From assembly GCA_963711835.1 (NCBI GenBank), contig CAVQFQ010000017.1:320001-384000 (forward strand): a stretch of DNA of 64,000 nucleotides, given 5' to 3'. Under the pieces are notes generated by a model, which saw nothing but the letters and a program-made list of their open reading frames with translations, did not search any database and was not told the DNA's origin. Below, in pieces: positions 1-10,379 of this stretch. Source of the stretch: an uncultured delta proteobacterium. GTDB taxonomy: Bacteria > Desulfobacterota > RBG-13-43-22. The translations under genes and the position numbers were made by a program. Position 1 is the first letter of the stretch. Each line of letters starts with the position of its first letter.

Positions 1-847
1 AGGCGATCAATTTATCCTCTTGAACCAGACGGGCCAAGTCATTTTTGATGGCCTTGGTACGCTCTTCAAGGCGTAAGGAAAGTTCTTGGGTGATATCCTT
101 GAAGATCTCCAGGACCTGAATGACTTCACCTCGTTGATTGACAACCGGGAAGGTGGTCACGTCGCAAAAATGGGCCTTGCCCGAGGCATCAACATGCTCA
201 TGGATGGCATGGGCCGATTTTCCGGTCATGACCGTTTCCACCATGGGGCAGGGCGTTTCGAGGCTGTCGCAGGGGGTTAAGGATTGATGGGTAATCTGAA
301 AACAGAAACGGTCCTTGGCCTCATCGGCGGTTATTCCGGCTTGGCGACAGGCCCCCTCGTTGATCTGAATGATCCGGTAGTTGAGGTTCAAGACCATGAT
401 GGCTTCGCGGGTGGCTTCGGTCAGGGATCGCGCCAGCGAGCTCAGCAGGCTGAATTCATCTTCCCTTTGATCCAGGTGCTGCCCCAGGGAAAGGATCTCA
501 TGAAAGAAAGAAAAGGCATTGTGATCGATGAGGCCCACCGATGTCGGTTTGCCGGCGGCCACTTCTTGGATTAACTGGTTATTGTCAGACAATTCCAAGA
601 TTAAATTGAGGCCTTTGAGAGAATAAAGATCATGAAAATCGGAAGTCGTGAAGAGATCCCTGCGTTTTGCCTTTTGGATACCCGGGGCCTCCGGATTGGG
701 GTCGGCCACCCCGACGATTTCCAATCCCAGCCTGCCGAGGGTATCGGTATCATATTCTTGAAGAAGGGCCAAACAGCGCTGTCCGCCTCCAACAATGGCT
801 AGTCGCAGTGTGGCGGGACGGGGACCAGGATTTGCGGTAGAGGGCAC
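1..847 (-). CDS. Sensor protein, probably a histidine kinase (partial, runs off the left edge): N-terminal Rossmann-like domain + PAS domain
   Basis: Not in the ORF track; translated by hand from GTG at 847 (GGAG 8 nt upstream). It reads LAIVGGGQRC...IVGVADPNPEAPG, then PAS-like FCFQITHQSLTPC...PCPMVET...EIFKDIT, then LVQEDKLIA, the typical lead-in to a HisKA H-box. The frame is open to position 1. Confidence 0.8.
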   Translation of the reverse strand, partial: MPSTANPGPRPATLRLAIVGGGQRCLALLQEYDTDTLGRLGLEIVGVADPNPEAPGIQKAKRRDLFTTSDFHDLYSLKGLNLILELSDNNQLIQEVAAGKPTSVGLIDHNAFSFFHEILSLGQHLDQREDEFSLLSSLARSLTEATREAIMVLNLNYRIIQINEGACRQAGITADEAKDRFCFQITHQSLTPCDSLETPCPMVETVMTGKSAHAIHEHVDASGKAHFCDVTTFPVVNQRGEVIQVLEIFKDITQELSLRLEERTKAIKNDLARLVQEDKLIA

Positions 848-918
848 TTTTTTTTCTCCATAAATTGTCTTTGGCCACCGGGTTTAGAGGACAACCCTGA
901 AGCATTAACCGAAGCGAG

Positions 919-1698
919 TCAGTAACCGGACAACTCCCCAACAATGGCCTGGGCATAGTGTCGGCGGGCACAGGCCGGACAGAGGTCCCGCTCCACTTTT
1001 AGCCCCTCCTCGAGATCGGAACGGTTGGTTACATAATCGATGAACCGCTGGGTGTGGTAATAGGTCCCGCAGCTCCGGCAAGAAACGAGGGTCTGCCGGC
1101 TGATGGTGTTGTCTTTCAAAAATATCCGGCGCTGGTCTTCCTGATCCTCCGCATGGATGGCATCGGCTGGGCAGAGGTTGACGCAGGTGGCGCAGCCGAT
1201 GCAGGTCTCGGAAAGTTTGCCGAACTCGGCGGTGACCCGCTTCTTTTGCCCTCGGCCGGCAAAGCACAGGGCGGAGACGCCGATTTTATCCCGGCAGACC
1301 CGCACGCAGAGGCCGCAGCGGACACAGTTGTCGCTCTGGTCGGTGGGGAAACGGGTGGATTCCACCCCGTATTTCCGGGCCAGTTCGAGCAGGGGCTTTG
1401 AATCCGGGGCCCTTCCCAGGAGCAATTCAAAGACAACCTTACGGGATTGCCGGACCAGAGGTGTATCCGTTTCGACCACCAGGCCCGGAGAAACCGCCAA
1501 CGTACAGGAGGCAATAAGCTGCCGCCGCAACATGGGCCCTTCGGCCTCTACGACACACAGGCGGCAGGCCCCGTAGGGTCCTAAGGCTTCGTGGAAACAG
1601 AGGGTAGGGATGTCGATGCCTTCTGACCGGGCTATTTCAAGGACGGTTTTATTGTCCTCAACCTGGAAGGATTTTTTATTAAGTATTATCTCTACCAT
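919..1698 (-). CDS. 2Fe-2S/4Fe-4S subunit (NuoG/HoxU/HydA N-terminal-like, no catalytic domain)
   Basis: Motifs IPTLCFH..GACRLCVVE..ASC, CVRCGLCVRVC and CIGCATCVNLCP. Start moved to ATG 1698, just downstream of the upstream gene's stop. Confidence 0.85.
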   Translation of the reverse strand: MVEIILNKKSFQVEDNKTVLEIARSEGIDIPTLCFHEALGPYGACRLCVVEAEGPMLRRQLIASCTLAVSPGLVVETDTPLVRQSRKVVFELLLGRAPDSKPLLELARKYGVESTRFPTDQSDNCVRCGLCVRVCRDKIGVSALCFAGRGQKKRVTAEFGKLSETCIGCATCVNLCPADAIHAEDQEDQRRIFLKDNTISRQTLVSCRSCGTYYHTQRFIDYVTNRSDLEEGLKVERDLCPACARRHYAQAIVGELSGY

Positions 1699-1699
1699 T

Positions 1700-4600
1700 T
1701 TATTCTCCCAGATCGCAGCGCAGGCAGCGCTTGGCTTCATTTCGACAATCCAGTTCGCTCAATCCAAGTTCGACGACGCAAAAATCCCTAATACGCTTAA
1801 CCGGTTCCTCCTCCGGCAGGCCGGGCCGCTTCAGGCTTTCTATCTCCTCCTCACTAACCGGGAGAGCTTCGATTCGTTCCCTCGGAGTGGGTATCTTCAC
1901 CTTTTCTTCCAAGGGCTCCCCCTGAAGGAAGCGGTGAATCGATCGGGCCGCCTGTTTGCCGGCTGCCACGGCTTCCACCACCGTGGCCGGTCCGGTGACA
2001 TTGTCTCCGCCGGCAAAGAGGCCGGGGATATTGGTGGCCAAATGAATGGGATGGGCCTCTACCAGACCGCGGCGTGAGTAGGCCAGACTTTCTCCGCCCA
2101 GGTTTAAGGCCAACGGCTCAGGGACCTGTCCGATGGCTTTGATGACTCCATCGATGGGCAGGGTGGTTTCCGAACCGGCAACCGGAATAGGACGTCTTCT
2201 TCCTGAGGCATCCGGCTCCCCCAGGGCCATGGCGATACAGACGATCCCGGTCAGGTTTTGATCATCCCCCAGGATCTCAACCGGCTGGGTCAGGTAGCTG
2301 ATTTCAATCCCCTCTTCCTTGGCCTGGATAATTTCATCGGCATAGGCAGGCATCTCGGCCTCGGTGCGGCGGTAGAGGATGGCCACCGAACTGCCCTGGC
2401 GCAAGGCGGTTCGGGCCGCATCCATGGCTACATTTCCGCCGCCTATCACGGCGATCCTTTTCCCCAGGGCGACCTTTTCTCCCAGGGCGACCCGTTTTAA
2501 AAATTCCACCCCCGAATAGACGCCCGGCAGGTCTTCCCCTTTTATTCCTAAGCGTACCTCCTGATGGGCCCCGCCGGCCAGAAAAAAGGCCTGGAATCCC
2601 TCCTTCTTCAGGTCATCCAGCGAGATGTCCCGGCCGATACAGGTCCCGGTTTTAAACCGGGCCCCCAGTCGGGCAATGGCCTGGATGTCAAATTCCAGGA
2701 CCTCCCTGGGGAGGCGGTAGCTGGGTATGCCGACCCGGAGCATGCCCCCTAAAACCGGCAGGGCTTCGAAGACCGTAACGGGATATCCCTGCCGGGTAAG
2801 GTAGTAAGCGGCTGTCAGGCCTGCCGGACCGGACCCGATAACGGCCACCTTTTGGGTATGAACCGGGTTGGTCCGTGGCTGCACTTCCCGGTGCTCCCGG
2901 ACAAAGTCGGCTACGAACCGTTTTAAGGATTTGATGGAAATGGACTGGTCCACTTCCCCTCGGCGGCACTGCAGTTCGCAGGGTGCGGGACAGACATAGC
3001 CGCACACGGCAGGCAATGGGTTGTCTTCCCGGATCAGGTTCAGGGCCTCCTCATACCGGCCATGACCGATCAGGGAAACATAGCTGGGCACGTCGATGCC
3101 TGCCGGGCAGGCAAACTGGCATGGGGCCGGGGAGAGGCGCTTACAGACCCGGGCCGGACAGGTTTTTTCTTTGATGTGGGCCTCATATTCATCCCGGAAA
3201 TATTTTAGGGTAGAGAGCACCGGGTTCGGAGCTGTCTTCCCCAGGCCGCAGAGGGCGGCCTCCTTGACTACCAGACAGAGTTCTTCTAAGAGAGGCAGGT
3301 GTTCTTCGGTACCTCGACCCTGGGTGATGTCGTCCAGGAGTTTGACCAGTCTCCCGGGTTCCCTCCCGGCAGGGGGTGCATTTGCCGCAGGATTCATCCA
3401 TACAGAAAGAGACGAAGAACTTGGCCACATCCACCATACAGGTATCTTCATCCATAACCACCATACCCCCAGACCCGACGATAGAACCGAGGGCGGTCAG
3501 GTTCTCATAATCCACGGGCACATCAATATGACTGTAAGGGATGCAGCCTCCGGAAGGGCCGCCAGTCTGAACGGCTTTATATTTTTTCTCATTCGGGATA
3601 CCGCCTCCTATGTCATAAATGATTTCGCGCAGAGGTATCCCCAAGGGGACCTCTACCAAGCCGGTATTGCGGATCTTTCCTACCAGAGAAAAGATCTTGG
3701 TTCCTTTAGATTTTTCGGTTCCGATGGCAGCGAACCAGGATGATCCGTTCTGGATGATCTTGGGGACCGTGGCCCAGGTCTCAACATTGTTGATGTTGGT
3801 AGGCTTGCCCCATAAGCCGCTTTGGGCGGGGAAGGGAGGCCGGGGACGGGGTTCCCCGATCTGATCTTCCAGGGAGGCGATTAGGGCTGTTTCCTCCCCG
3901 CAGACAAAGGCCCCGGCGCCTAATTTTACCTGGACCTCAAAGTCAAAACCGGAACCAAGAATGTCTTTCCCGAGGAACCCTTTCTCCCGGGCCTGCCGGA
4001 TGGCCAATTGAAGCCTGTCAACTGCCAAGGGATATTCCGCCCGGATGTAGACAATACCTTCTGTGGCGCCTATAGCATAAGCCCCGATAATCATTCCTTC
4101 AATGACCGCATGGGGATCCCCTTCAATAGTTGATCGGTCCATAAAGGCGCCCGGATCTCCCTCGTCGGCATTGCAAATGATGTATTTTTGATTACCCGGG
4201 GAGCGCCGGCAGGCCTCCCATTTGAAACCTGTCGGAAAACCTGCTCCTCCACGTCCTCTCAGCCCGGAGGCCTTGATTTCGGCAATTATTTCTTCGGGCT
4301 GCAATGCGGTCAGGGCTTTTTCTGCCGCCTGATATCCCCCGACGGATAGGTAGGCCTCTATGTCCTCCGGGTCGATTTGGCCGCAGTGAACCAGCACCAG
4401 TTTCTTTTGTTTCCCATGAAAAGTGGCATATTCCGGACCTACTTGCCATTCGGCTATGGGCTGGCCTTTTAGAATGTGTTCTTCAATTATCCTTTCCACC
4501 ATGTCAGGGGTAACGAATTGATAAGTTGTTGCTTTGCCCTCAATAATGATATCCACCAGTACATCTTTAGCGCAAAAACCCCGGCAGCCTACCTTATGGC

Positions 4601-4826
4601 TCTGGCATCTTTTCTTAAACTGTACGGGTAGTTTCTTACCCTTAAGTCCTTTCTTAAAGGCCTCGAGGACCTCCGCCCCGCCAGCGGCAATCCCTCCGGT
4701 GCCCAGACAGACTTTGATCAGGATTGAAGAAGGGAGAGGCTGGGAAGATTTCCTCTCGGTGATTACCTTTGCCTTCCTCGTACGGAGTGTTTTTTTTGAA
4801 CCGGTTTTGCTGCCCTTGATAACCAC
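1700..4826 (-). CDS. NuoF/HydB-like FMN/NADH subunit fused to a GltD/NfnB-like FAD oxidoreductase; one apparent +1 frameshift near 3350-3357
   Basis: ORF 3189..4826 has [36 protein letters not shown] and [15 protein letters not shown] 1700..3451 continues [21 protein letters not shown], then [27 protein letters not shown] and EAKRCLRC. Removing one base in CGGGAGACTGG joins the two frames. Confidence 0.85.
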
Positions 4827-4839
4827 TATCTTCCCCTTG

Positions 4840-5292
4840 TCATTTGTATTTTTTCAGTATTTCTTGAACCTGGTTTTGGTTCACATTCCCAAGGGTGTGC
4901 TTGTTGATGATCATGACCGGGGCCAGGCTGCAGGCTCCTACACAACGGACGGTTCCCAACGTAAAATTCATGTCCTCGGAGGTTTCCCCTTCATCCAGGC
5001 CCAGTTTCTTTTTCACCTCGCTCAAGATTCGAGGAGAACCCTTGACATGGCAGGCTGTCCCCAGGCACACATTCACTTGGTACCTTCCTTTCGGGGTCAG
5101 GCTGAAGAAATGATAAAAGGTGGCCATGCCGTAGAGTTGAGTCAGCGGGATTTTTGTCTTTTCAGAGAGATAGCGCAGGGCTTCTTCGGGCAGATAATTG
5201 AAAAGGGATTGAACCTCGTGTAGGATCGAGATCAGATTTCCTTTGGTTTCGGGATAGTTTTCAAGGATGAGATCAATTTCCTTTGACTCCAT
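4840..5292 (-). CDS. NuoE/HydC-like 2Fe-2S subunit
   Basis: ATFYHFF, VCLGTACHVKG and CVGACSLAP motifs; AGGAG upstream. Confidence 0.9.
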   Translation of the reverse strand: MESKEIDLILENYPETKGNLISILHEVQSLFNYLPEEALRYLSEKTKIPLTQLYGMATFYHFFSLTPKGRYQVNVCLGTACHVKGSPRILSEVKKKLGLDEGETSEDMNFTLGTVRCVGACSLAPVMIINKHTLGNVNQNQVQEILKKYK

Positions 5293-5435
5293 TACAGCCT
5301 CTCCTTAGTTTAGGACGGACCTGATAAATAAGACAGCCGTGGAAGAGCTTGTGGACTTTTTCAAGTGGAGTTTATTTTATTGATGACTTCAATCACCGGA
5401 GGTTCAGGGATGATATGGCCGGAGGGAGCTTGCCG

Positions 5436-7574
5436 TCAAAGAGAGGCTTTGCTAACCCGGACTAGGCATTCGGTTAGATTGTTCCCTCCTCCCACAGGAT
5501 CATAGCGGGTCAGAAAACCCTTTTGCAGGCGCTGGTCGGCCATGCCCCGTTTATAGGCCCGGGTCTGGAGGGGTACGGTCCGCCCAAAACCGTGGTACAT
5601 GAATACGGCCTCCGGATCAATAAAGGGAGTGACCGAGGCTCGCCCCTGAATATGATAGCCGTTGCTTTCCACTTGAACCGGATCCCCATGACTCAACCCC
5701 ATTTGTTGAGCGGCCCGGGGATGGATCCAAAGGGTGTTTTCCGGCATGATCTCATGGAGCAGGGGGTTGTTCATGGTGTGGGCATGGTTATGCATGGCAG
5801 GCCGGCCAAAGAACAACCGGAATTCCCCGGGGGCCAGTTCAGGGGGGTCTTTAAACGCGGCCAGGCTGGGGAATCCCGCCTCGTTAAGAAGAGAGGACTC
5901 CAATTCAATTTTTCCAGAAGGGGTCTTGAATTTCAAGCCTTCCCGGCGATCCCAGAGGACCGGCTTTTCAGTCAGAACGACCAGGCCCTTTTCACGAATC
6001 CGCTCCAGGGGGATTCCTGTATCCTCTAATTGATAGCGCCAGATATCCTCTATGGTTTCGAAGTCAAAGTATTGGCCGGCACCCAAACGGCGGGCCAATT
6101 CTTTGAAGATCCACCAGGCCGGACGGGCATCGAACCGGGGGGCTACGGCCTGGTCGCGCATGGCTATATTGGGCTTAAGCCCGCTTTTATCCGCCAGGAT
6201 ATTGGCCCGTTCCAGATAGGTGGCCTCCGGCAGGATGACATCGGCAAACCAGCCTGTTTCACTATAGTTGACATCGATCGAAACCAGGAGCTTCAGCTTT
6301 TCATAGGCCCGGATCTGGGCCTCCGGATCGGGGAGCGCTGAAAGAGGGTCATGACGGTAAGTGATATAAGCCCCCACCGGGTAAGGATCCCCGCTTTCCA
6401 GGGCCGGGAAAAGAAGATGCAGAAGCCCTGCGCCCGGATCAAAGTGTTTATACCTCCAGCCCGCTCCATCCACCCGTTTTTCTTCTACCTTGGGGATTCG
6501 GTCCGCCAGCTTTTTTAGGCCGTTGCGTCCGGCGTCCTTGGCCTCTTTGGCAATAATCAACCCTCCCGGGGTTTCAATAGCCCCCAAAAGGGCATTCAAA
6601 AGGTAACTGGACCGGCTGGTATAAAAGGATTGCCCGTGGCGGGCGACCATCCAGCCGGGATGGAAAATAACCTGTGGGGCGTCGGCGGCGATCTCTCGAA
6701 CGAAGGCCCGGATCTCTCCGGCCGGTACACCGGTCTTGGTCTCGGCCCACTCCGGGGTCTTACCCCGGACCAGGTCCCTGATGGTCTCCAGCCCCAGACA
6801 CCAGCGGGCAACAAAATCCTTATCATACAGGTTTTCTTCCAGGATCTGCTGGATAAAGGCCAGATTCAGGGCATATTCGGTATTGGGCCTGATTTGCCAA
6901 AACCGGGTCGCTTTGCTGGCGGTCACGGTGGCCCTGATATCAATGTAGGTGCATTTGGCGCCCCGGTCGATGGCCTTCATAAATTCCTTGGCTTCCTTCA
7001 CCTGCAAAGATTCAAGGAGATTGCGCCCGAACAGGACGATGTGGTTGGTGTTCTTGATGTCATAGCTGAAACCCGTCCGGCCGAGACCAAAGATGCTCTT
7101 GGCCGCATGGTGAGCATTTCTCCCGCAGGTGCAATCGTGGTCAAAATAATTGGGTGATCCCAGGGCCTTCAAAAAACTCTTGGTCAGATCGGTAAAGGGT
7201 CCACCCCGGTCCGAGAGGACGATCCCCCGCCCGCCATATTCGTTAATGACTTCTTTTAATTTGGCGGCTACGTAATCCAGGGCCTCCTCCCAGCCGGCCG
7301 CCCGCCATTGTCCACTGCCCCGGGGGCCGGTCCGGATCATGGGCTGCTGGGGACGTTCGTCATCATATTCGAAGGCCAGCCCGGCCGATCCTTTGGCGCA
7401 CAAGCTGGTTTCCATGGCCTGGTCATGAGGATTACCCTGGATCCAGACAACCCGTCCATTCTCAACTTCCACCTGAATCGGGCAACGGACTGCACACATA
7501 CCGCATATGCTGTAGACCGTCCTCCGAGCGGACTGATCTATCCCGGCAACATTGGGGGCTTTACTCGACTTCAT
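5436..7574 (-). CDS. Molybdopterin oxidoreductase catalytic subunit, PsrA/PhsA (polysulfide/thiosulfate reductase)-like, no Tat signal
   Basis: CGMCAVRC...LCAKG N-terminal 4Fe-4S motif, GSPNYFDHDCTCG (Cys Mo-ligand region) and ADVILPEATYLER. Start placed at ATG 7574 after AAGGAG. No twin-arginine peptide is evident. Confidence 0.85.
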   Translation of the reverse strand: MKSSKAPNVAGIDQSARRTVYSICGMCAVRCPIQVEVENGRVVWIQGNPHDQAMETSLCAKGSAGLAFEYDDERPQQPMIRTGPRGSGQWRAAGWEEALDYVAAKLKEVINEYGGRGIVLSDRGGPFTDLTKSFLKALGSPNYFDHDCTCGRNAHHAAKSIFGLGRTGFSYDIKNTNHIVLFGRNLLESLQVKEAKEFMKAIDRGAKCTYIDIRATVTASKATRFWQIRPNTEYALNLAFIQQILEENLYDKDFVARWCLGLETIRDLVRGKTPEWAETKTGVPAGEIRAFVREIAADAPQVIFHPGWMVARHGQSFYTSRSSYLLNALLGAIETPGGLIIAKEAKDAGRNGLKKLADRIPKVEEKRVDGAGWRYKHFDPGAGLLHLLFPALESGDPYPVGAYITYRHDPLSALPDPEAQIRAYEKLKLLVSIDVNYSETGWFADVILPEATYLERANILADKSGLKPNIAMRDQAVAPRFDARPAWWIFKELARRLGAGQYFDFETIEDIWRYQLEDTGIPLERIREKGLVVLTEKPVLWDRREGLKFKTPSGKIELESSLLNEAGFPSLAAFKDPPELAPGEFRLFFGRPAMHNHAHTMNNPLLHEIMPENTLWIHPRAAQQMGLSHGDPVQVESNGYHIQGRASVTPFIDPEAVFMYHGFGRTVPLQTRAYKRGMADQRLQKGFLTRYDPVGGGNNLTECLVRVSKASL

Positions 7575-7811
7575 TCCCGTCTCCTTCCAAAAAATGGAAC
7601 GTGGTTTTTTATGAAAATTTATTCTAAATGGCCTCTCCAAATGATGTCAAGGTCAAAAATGGCCATTTTGCAATAGCCATTAAAAGGGATTATAATTTGA
7701 TGGACGATTAGAGGGCAGCTATGATAAAAAATTAATATAAGCATAGATGAACCTTTGGGAAATTGTGACTGTTGAGCGCAACCAATACCCCTATAAGACA
7801 GGAGAAGAGAT

Positions 7812-8324
7812 ATGAGTATTTACTACCTGTCCCATGATCCCAAGAATTGTATTAACTGCTATTCTTGCGAAATCCACTGTAAAACAAAGAACAACCTCCA
7901 GGTCGGCCCCCGTTTCTGCCAAATTGTCTCCGTAGGACCCAAGTTGGTGAAGGGCCTACCCAAATTAGGGCTGGTTTTTATGCCCTGCTTCCATTGTGAA
8001 AGACCCTGGTGTGTTTCAGCCTGCCCGACCGGGGCCATGCAAAAGCGTCCCAAAGACGGGATCGTCTTTGTAGATTCCACCTTGTGCGTTGGCTGTAAAA
8101 GCTGTATCACTGCCTGTCCCTGGGGGGCGCCGCAGTGGAATCCGGATACAGGCAAGGCCATTAAATGCGATTACTGTAAGGATCGGGTGGATGCCGGCTT
8201 GAAACCGGCCTGTGTCACTAAGTGCCTGACCCAATGCCTGGATTTCGGCCAGGTTACCGATGAGGCGACACAAAAGAAACGGGATCGTTTTGCCAAGGCG
8301 GTGGCCTTTGACCTGGCGGATTAG
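7812..8324 (+). CDS. 4x[4Fe-4S] electron-transfer subunit (PsrB/DmsB-like)
   Basis: CINCYSCEIHC, CFHCERPWCVSACP, CVGCKSCITACP and KCDYC..PACVTKC. Confidence 0.9.
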   Translation: MSIYYLSHDPKNCINCYSCEIHCKTKNNLQVGPRFCQIVSVGPKLVKGLPKLGLVFMPCFHCERPWCVSACPTGAMQKRPKDGIVFVDSTLCVGCKSCITACPWGAPQWNPDTGKAIKCDYCKDRVDAGLKPACVTKCLTQCLDFGQVTDEATQKKRDRFAKAVAFDLAD

Positions 8325-8391
8325 GATAAGAGAGTTGGGCTGGGGGTGATCACGGTAGGACCCTTTAAACCCATAAAGGAAACCATAAAAA

Positions 8392-8763
8392 ATGGCTGAA
8401 ATAAAATTTTATAAAGAACATACCTGGGTGCGTCCGGAAGGCGATATCGGGACCGTCGGTTTGTCTCATTATGCCCAGGAGCAGATGGGCCAGATTATCT
8501 ATGTCGATCTGCCTGAGGAAGGCCGGGAGATTACCGCTGGAGAAGAATTCGGAGCCCTGGAATCCAACAAGGTAGCTTCCGATCTGATCGCCCCGGTCAG
8601 CGGGGAAGTCCTCGAATCCAACCCGGCCCTTGAAAACCAGCCGGCCTTAATCAATGATTCCCCTTATGATCAGGGTTGGATAACGAAAGTCAGGCTCAGC
8701 AGCCCGGAAGAACTGGACGGCTTGATGGATGAAGCAGCCTATCTGAAGTTGGTTTCAGGATAA
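8392..8763 (+). CDS. gcvH: Glycine cleavage H-like lipoyl carrier protein
   Basis: HTWV..VGLSHYAQ..ESNKVASDLIAPVSG..INDSPYDQGW; the lipoyl Lys is retained. Confidence 0.9.
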   Translation: MAEIKFYKEHTWVRPEGDIGTVGLSHYAQEQMGQIIYVDLPEEGREITAGEEFGALESNKVASDLIAPVSGEVLESNPALENQPALINDSPYDQGWITKVRLSSPEELDGLMDEAAYLKLVSG

Positions 8764-8780
8764 GTTAAGGCCTATAAAGT

Positions 8781-10223
8781 ATGAGCAAGCGAATCGGCAT
8801 CATCGGCGCCGGACCGGGAGGTTACATCGCCGCTATCCGGGCGGCTCAGTTGGGGGCCCAGGTGACGGTGGTCGAACAGGAGGCCGTCGGCGGCTGCTGT
8901 TTGAACTGGGGCTGCATTCCCACCAAAACCATCAGAACTACCGCCGAGACCCTGGAGCGCTTTCACCGGGCCAGGGAGCTGGGGATTGATCTGGAGGGGG
9001 GCTTTCGGCCCAATATGGAGCGGATCATGGCCCGGAAAAACGAGGTCATCGCCATCCTGGCTCAGGGCATCAAAAAGATTTTTGAAAGCTATCGGATCGC
9101 CTTTCTTGAGGGGACGGCAACGGTCAGGGATCCGAACACCTTATCGGTTACGGGAAAGGATGGAAGCCGACAAGAACTGCGGGTGGACAACATCATCCTG
9201 GCCTCCGGATCCAGACCGCTGGACTTCCCGGCCTTTCCTTTTGACGGCCGCCATATCCTGTCCAGCAATGACGCCCTGCTCTTGAAAGAGGTCCCCGAGT
9301 CCCTCCTGGTCGTCGGCGGCGGGGTCATCGGCTGCGAATTCGCTTTTATTTTCAGTCTCCTGGGATCCCAGGTGACCGTCGTGGAGGCCCTGTCCCGGGT
9401 GATCGGCCTGCCTTCCATCGACGAAGACTGTTCGGCTGTTATCCTGCGGGAGATGAAGAAGCGCAAGATCAAGGTCTATCTGGATAAGACCATCGAAAAA
9501 ACCGAGATCCAAAACGGCCGGGTCAAGGCCCGCATCGGCCCTTCGCCTTTTTTAACCGAGGCCAGGGAAAAAGACAAAAAGCCCATCGAGCTGGAAATCC
9601 ACAAGGTGCTGGTCTCCATCGGCCGGCAATCCAATACGGATGATCTTGGGCTGGACCGGGTTGGCGTGGCCCTGGATGATCGGGGCTGGATCAAGGCCAA
9701 TGACCGGCTGGAAACCAATGTCCCCGGCATCTATGCCATCGGAGATGCCTTGGGTCCGGCCAGGATCATGCTGGCCCATGTGGCCTCCACTGAGGGCATC
9801 GCGGCCTCGGAAAATATCATGGGAGGCCAACGCGTCATGGATTACCAAGTGGTGCCCTCGGGTATTTTCACCTTTCCCGAGGTGGCTAATGTGGGCCTGA
9901 CCGAGCTGCAAGCCCGGGAGCGGGGCTTGGAATGGCGTTCCGACAGCTTTCAATTCCGGACCCTGGGCAAACCCCAGGCCATGGGAGAGATCGTGGGCCA
10001 GGTCAAAATTGTCTCGGACAACAGGACGCGGAAGATTTTAGGGGTTCATATCGCCGGACCCCAGGCCACGGATCTGATCGCCGAAGGAGCGCTGGCCATG
10101 CAACTGGGGGCCACGGTTGAGGACCTGGCCCATACTATCCACGCCCATCCCACCCTGGCCGAGGCCGTCATGGAGGCGGCCCATAAGGCCCTGGGCACCG
10201 GCCTGCACGGATTAAAAGAATAG
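8781..10223 (+). CDS. lpdA: Dihydrolipoyl dehydrogenase (E3)
   Basis: GAGPGGY, GGCCLNWGCIPTK redox disulfide, GGGVIGCE and C-terminal HAHPTLAE. Confidence 0.93.
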   Translation: MSKRIGIIGAGPGGYIAAIRAAQLGAQVTVVEQEAVGGCCLNWGCIPTKTIRTTAETLERFHRARELGIDLEGGFRPNMERIMARKNEVIAILAQGIKKIFESYRIAFLEGTATVRDPNTLSVTGKDGSRQELRVDNIILASGSRPLDFPAFPFDGRHILSSNDALLLKEVPESLLVVGGGVIGCEFAFIFSLLGSQVTVVEALSRVIGLPSIDEDCSAVILREMKKRKIKVYLDKTIEKTEIQNGRVKARIGPSPFLTEAREKDKKPIELEIHKVLVSIGRQSNTDDLGLDRVGVALDDRGWIKANDRLETNVPGIYAIGDALGPARIMLAHVASTEGIAASENIMGGQRVMDYQVVPSGIFTFPEVANVGLTELQARERGLEWRSDSFQFRTLGKPQAMGEIVGQVKIVSDNRTRKILGVHIAGPQATDLIAEGALAMQLGATVEDLAHTIHAHPTLAEAVMEAAHKALGTGLHGLKE

Positions 10224-10379
10224 AACGGATGACGGATATCGGATGTCTGATACCAGCTGGCGGATGTCAGATGCAGGATATTTAGCTTACGGAATTATTA
10301 CCCGGGATCTGGGAGGGTTTAAAAAGGCCAAGATCCCGGTCTATTCACCTTCCGAGTTTATCCAGGCATTCTTCCCTTC

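Noticed and set aside
86-574. Plus-strand ORFs 86..280 and 284..574, and the many other antisense ORFs in the track (e.g. 27298..27762, 59443..60132)
   Set aside because: They are shadows of well-supported genes on the opposite strand and carry no motifs of their own.
3345-3360. Programmed ribosomal frameshift in the NuoF-GltD gene
   Set aside because: No recognisable slippery heptamer; the break falls inside a conserved domain and the window has many similar indels.
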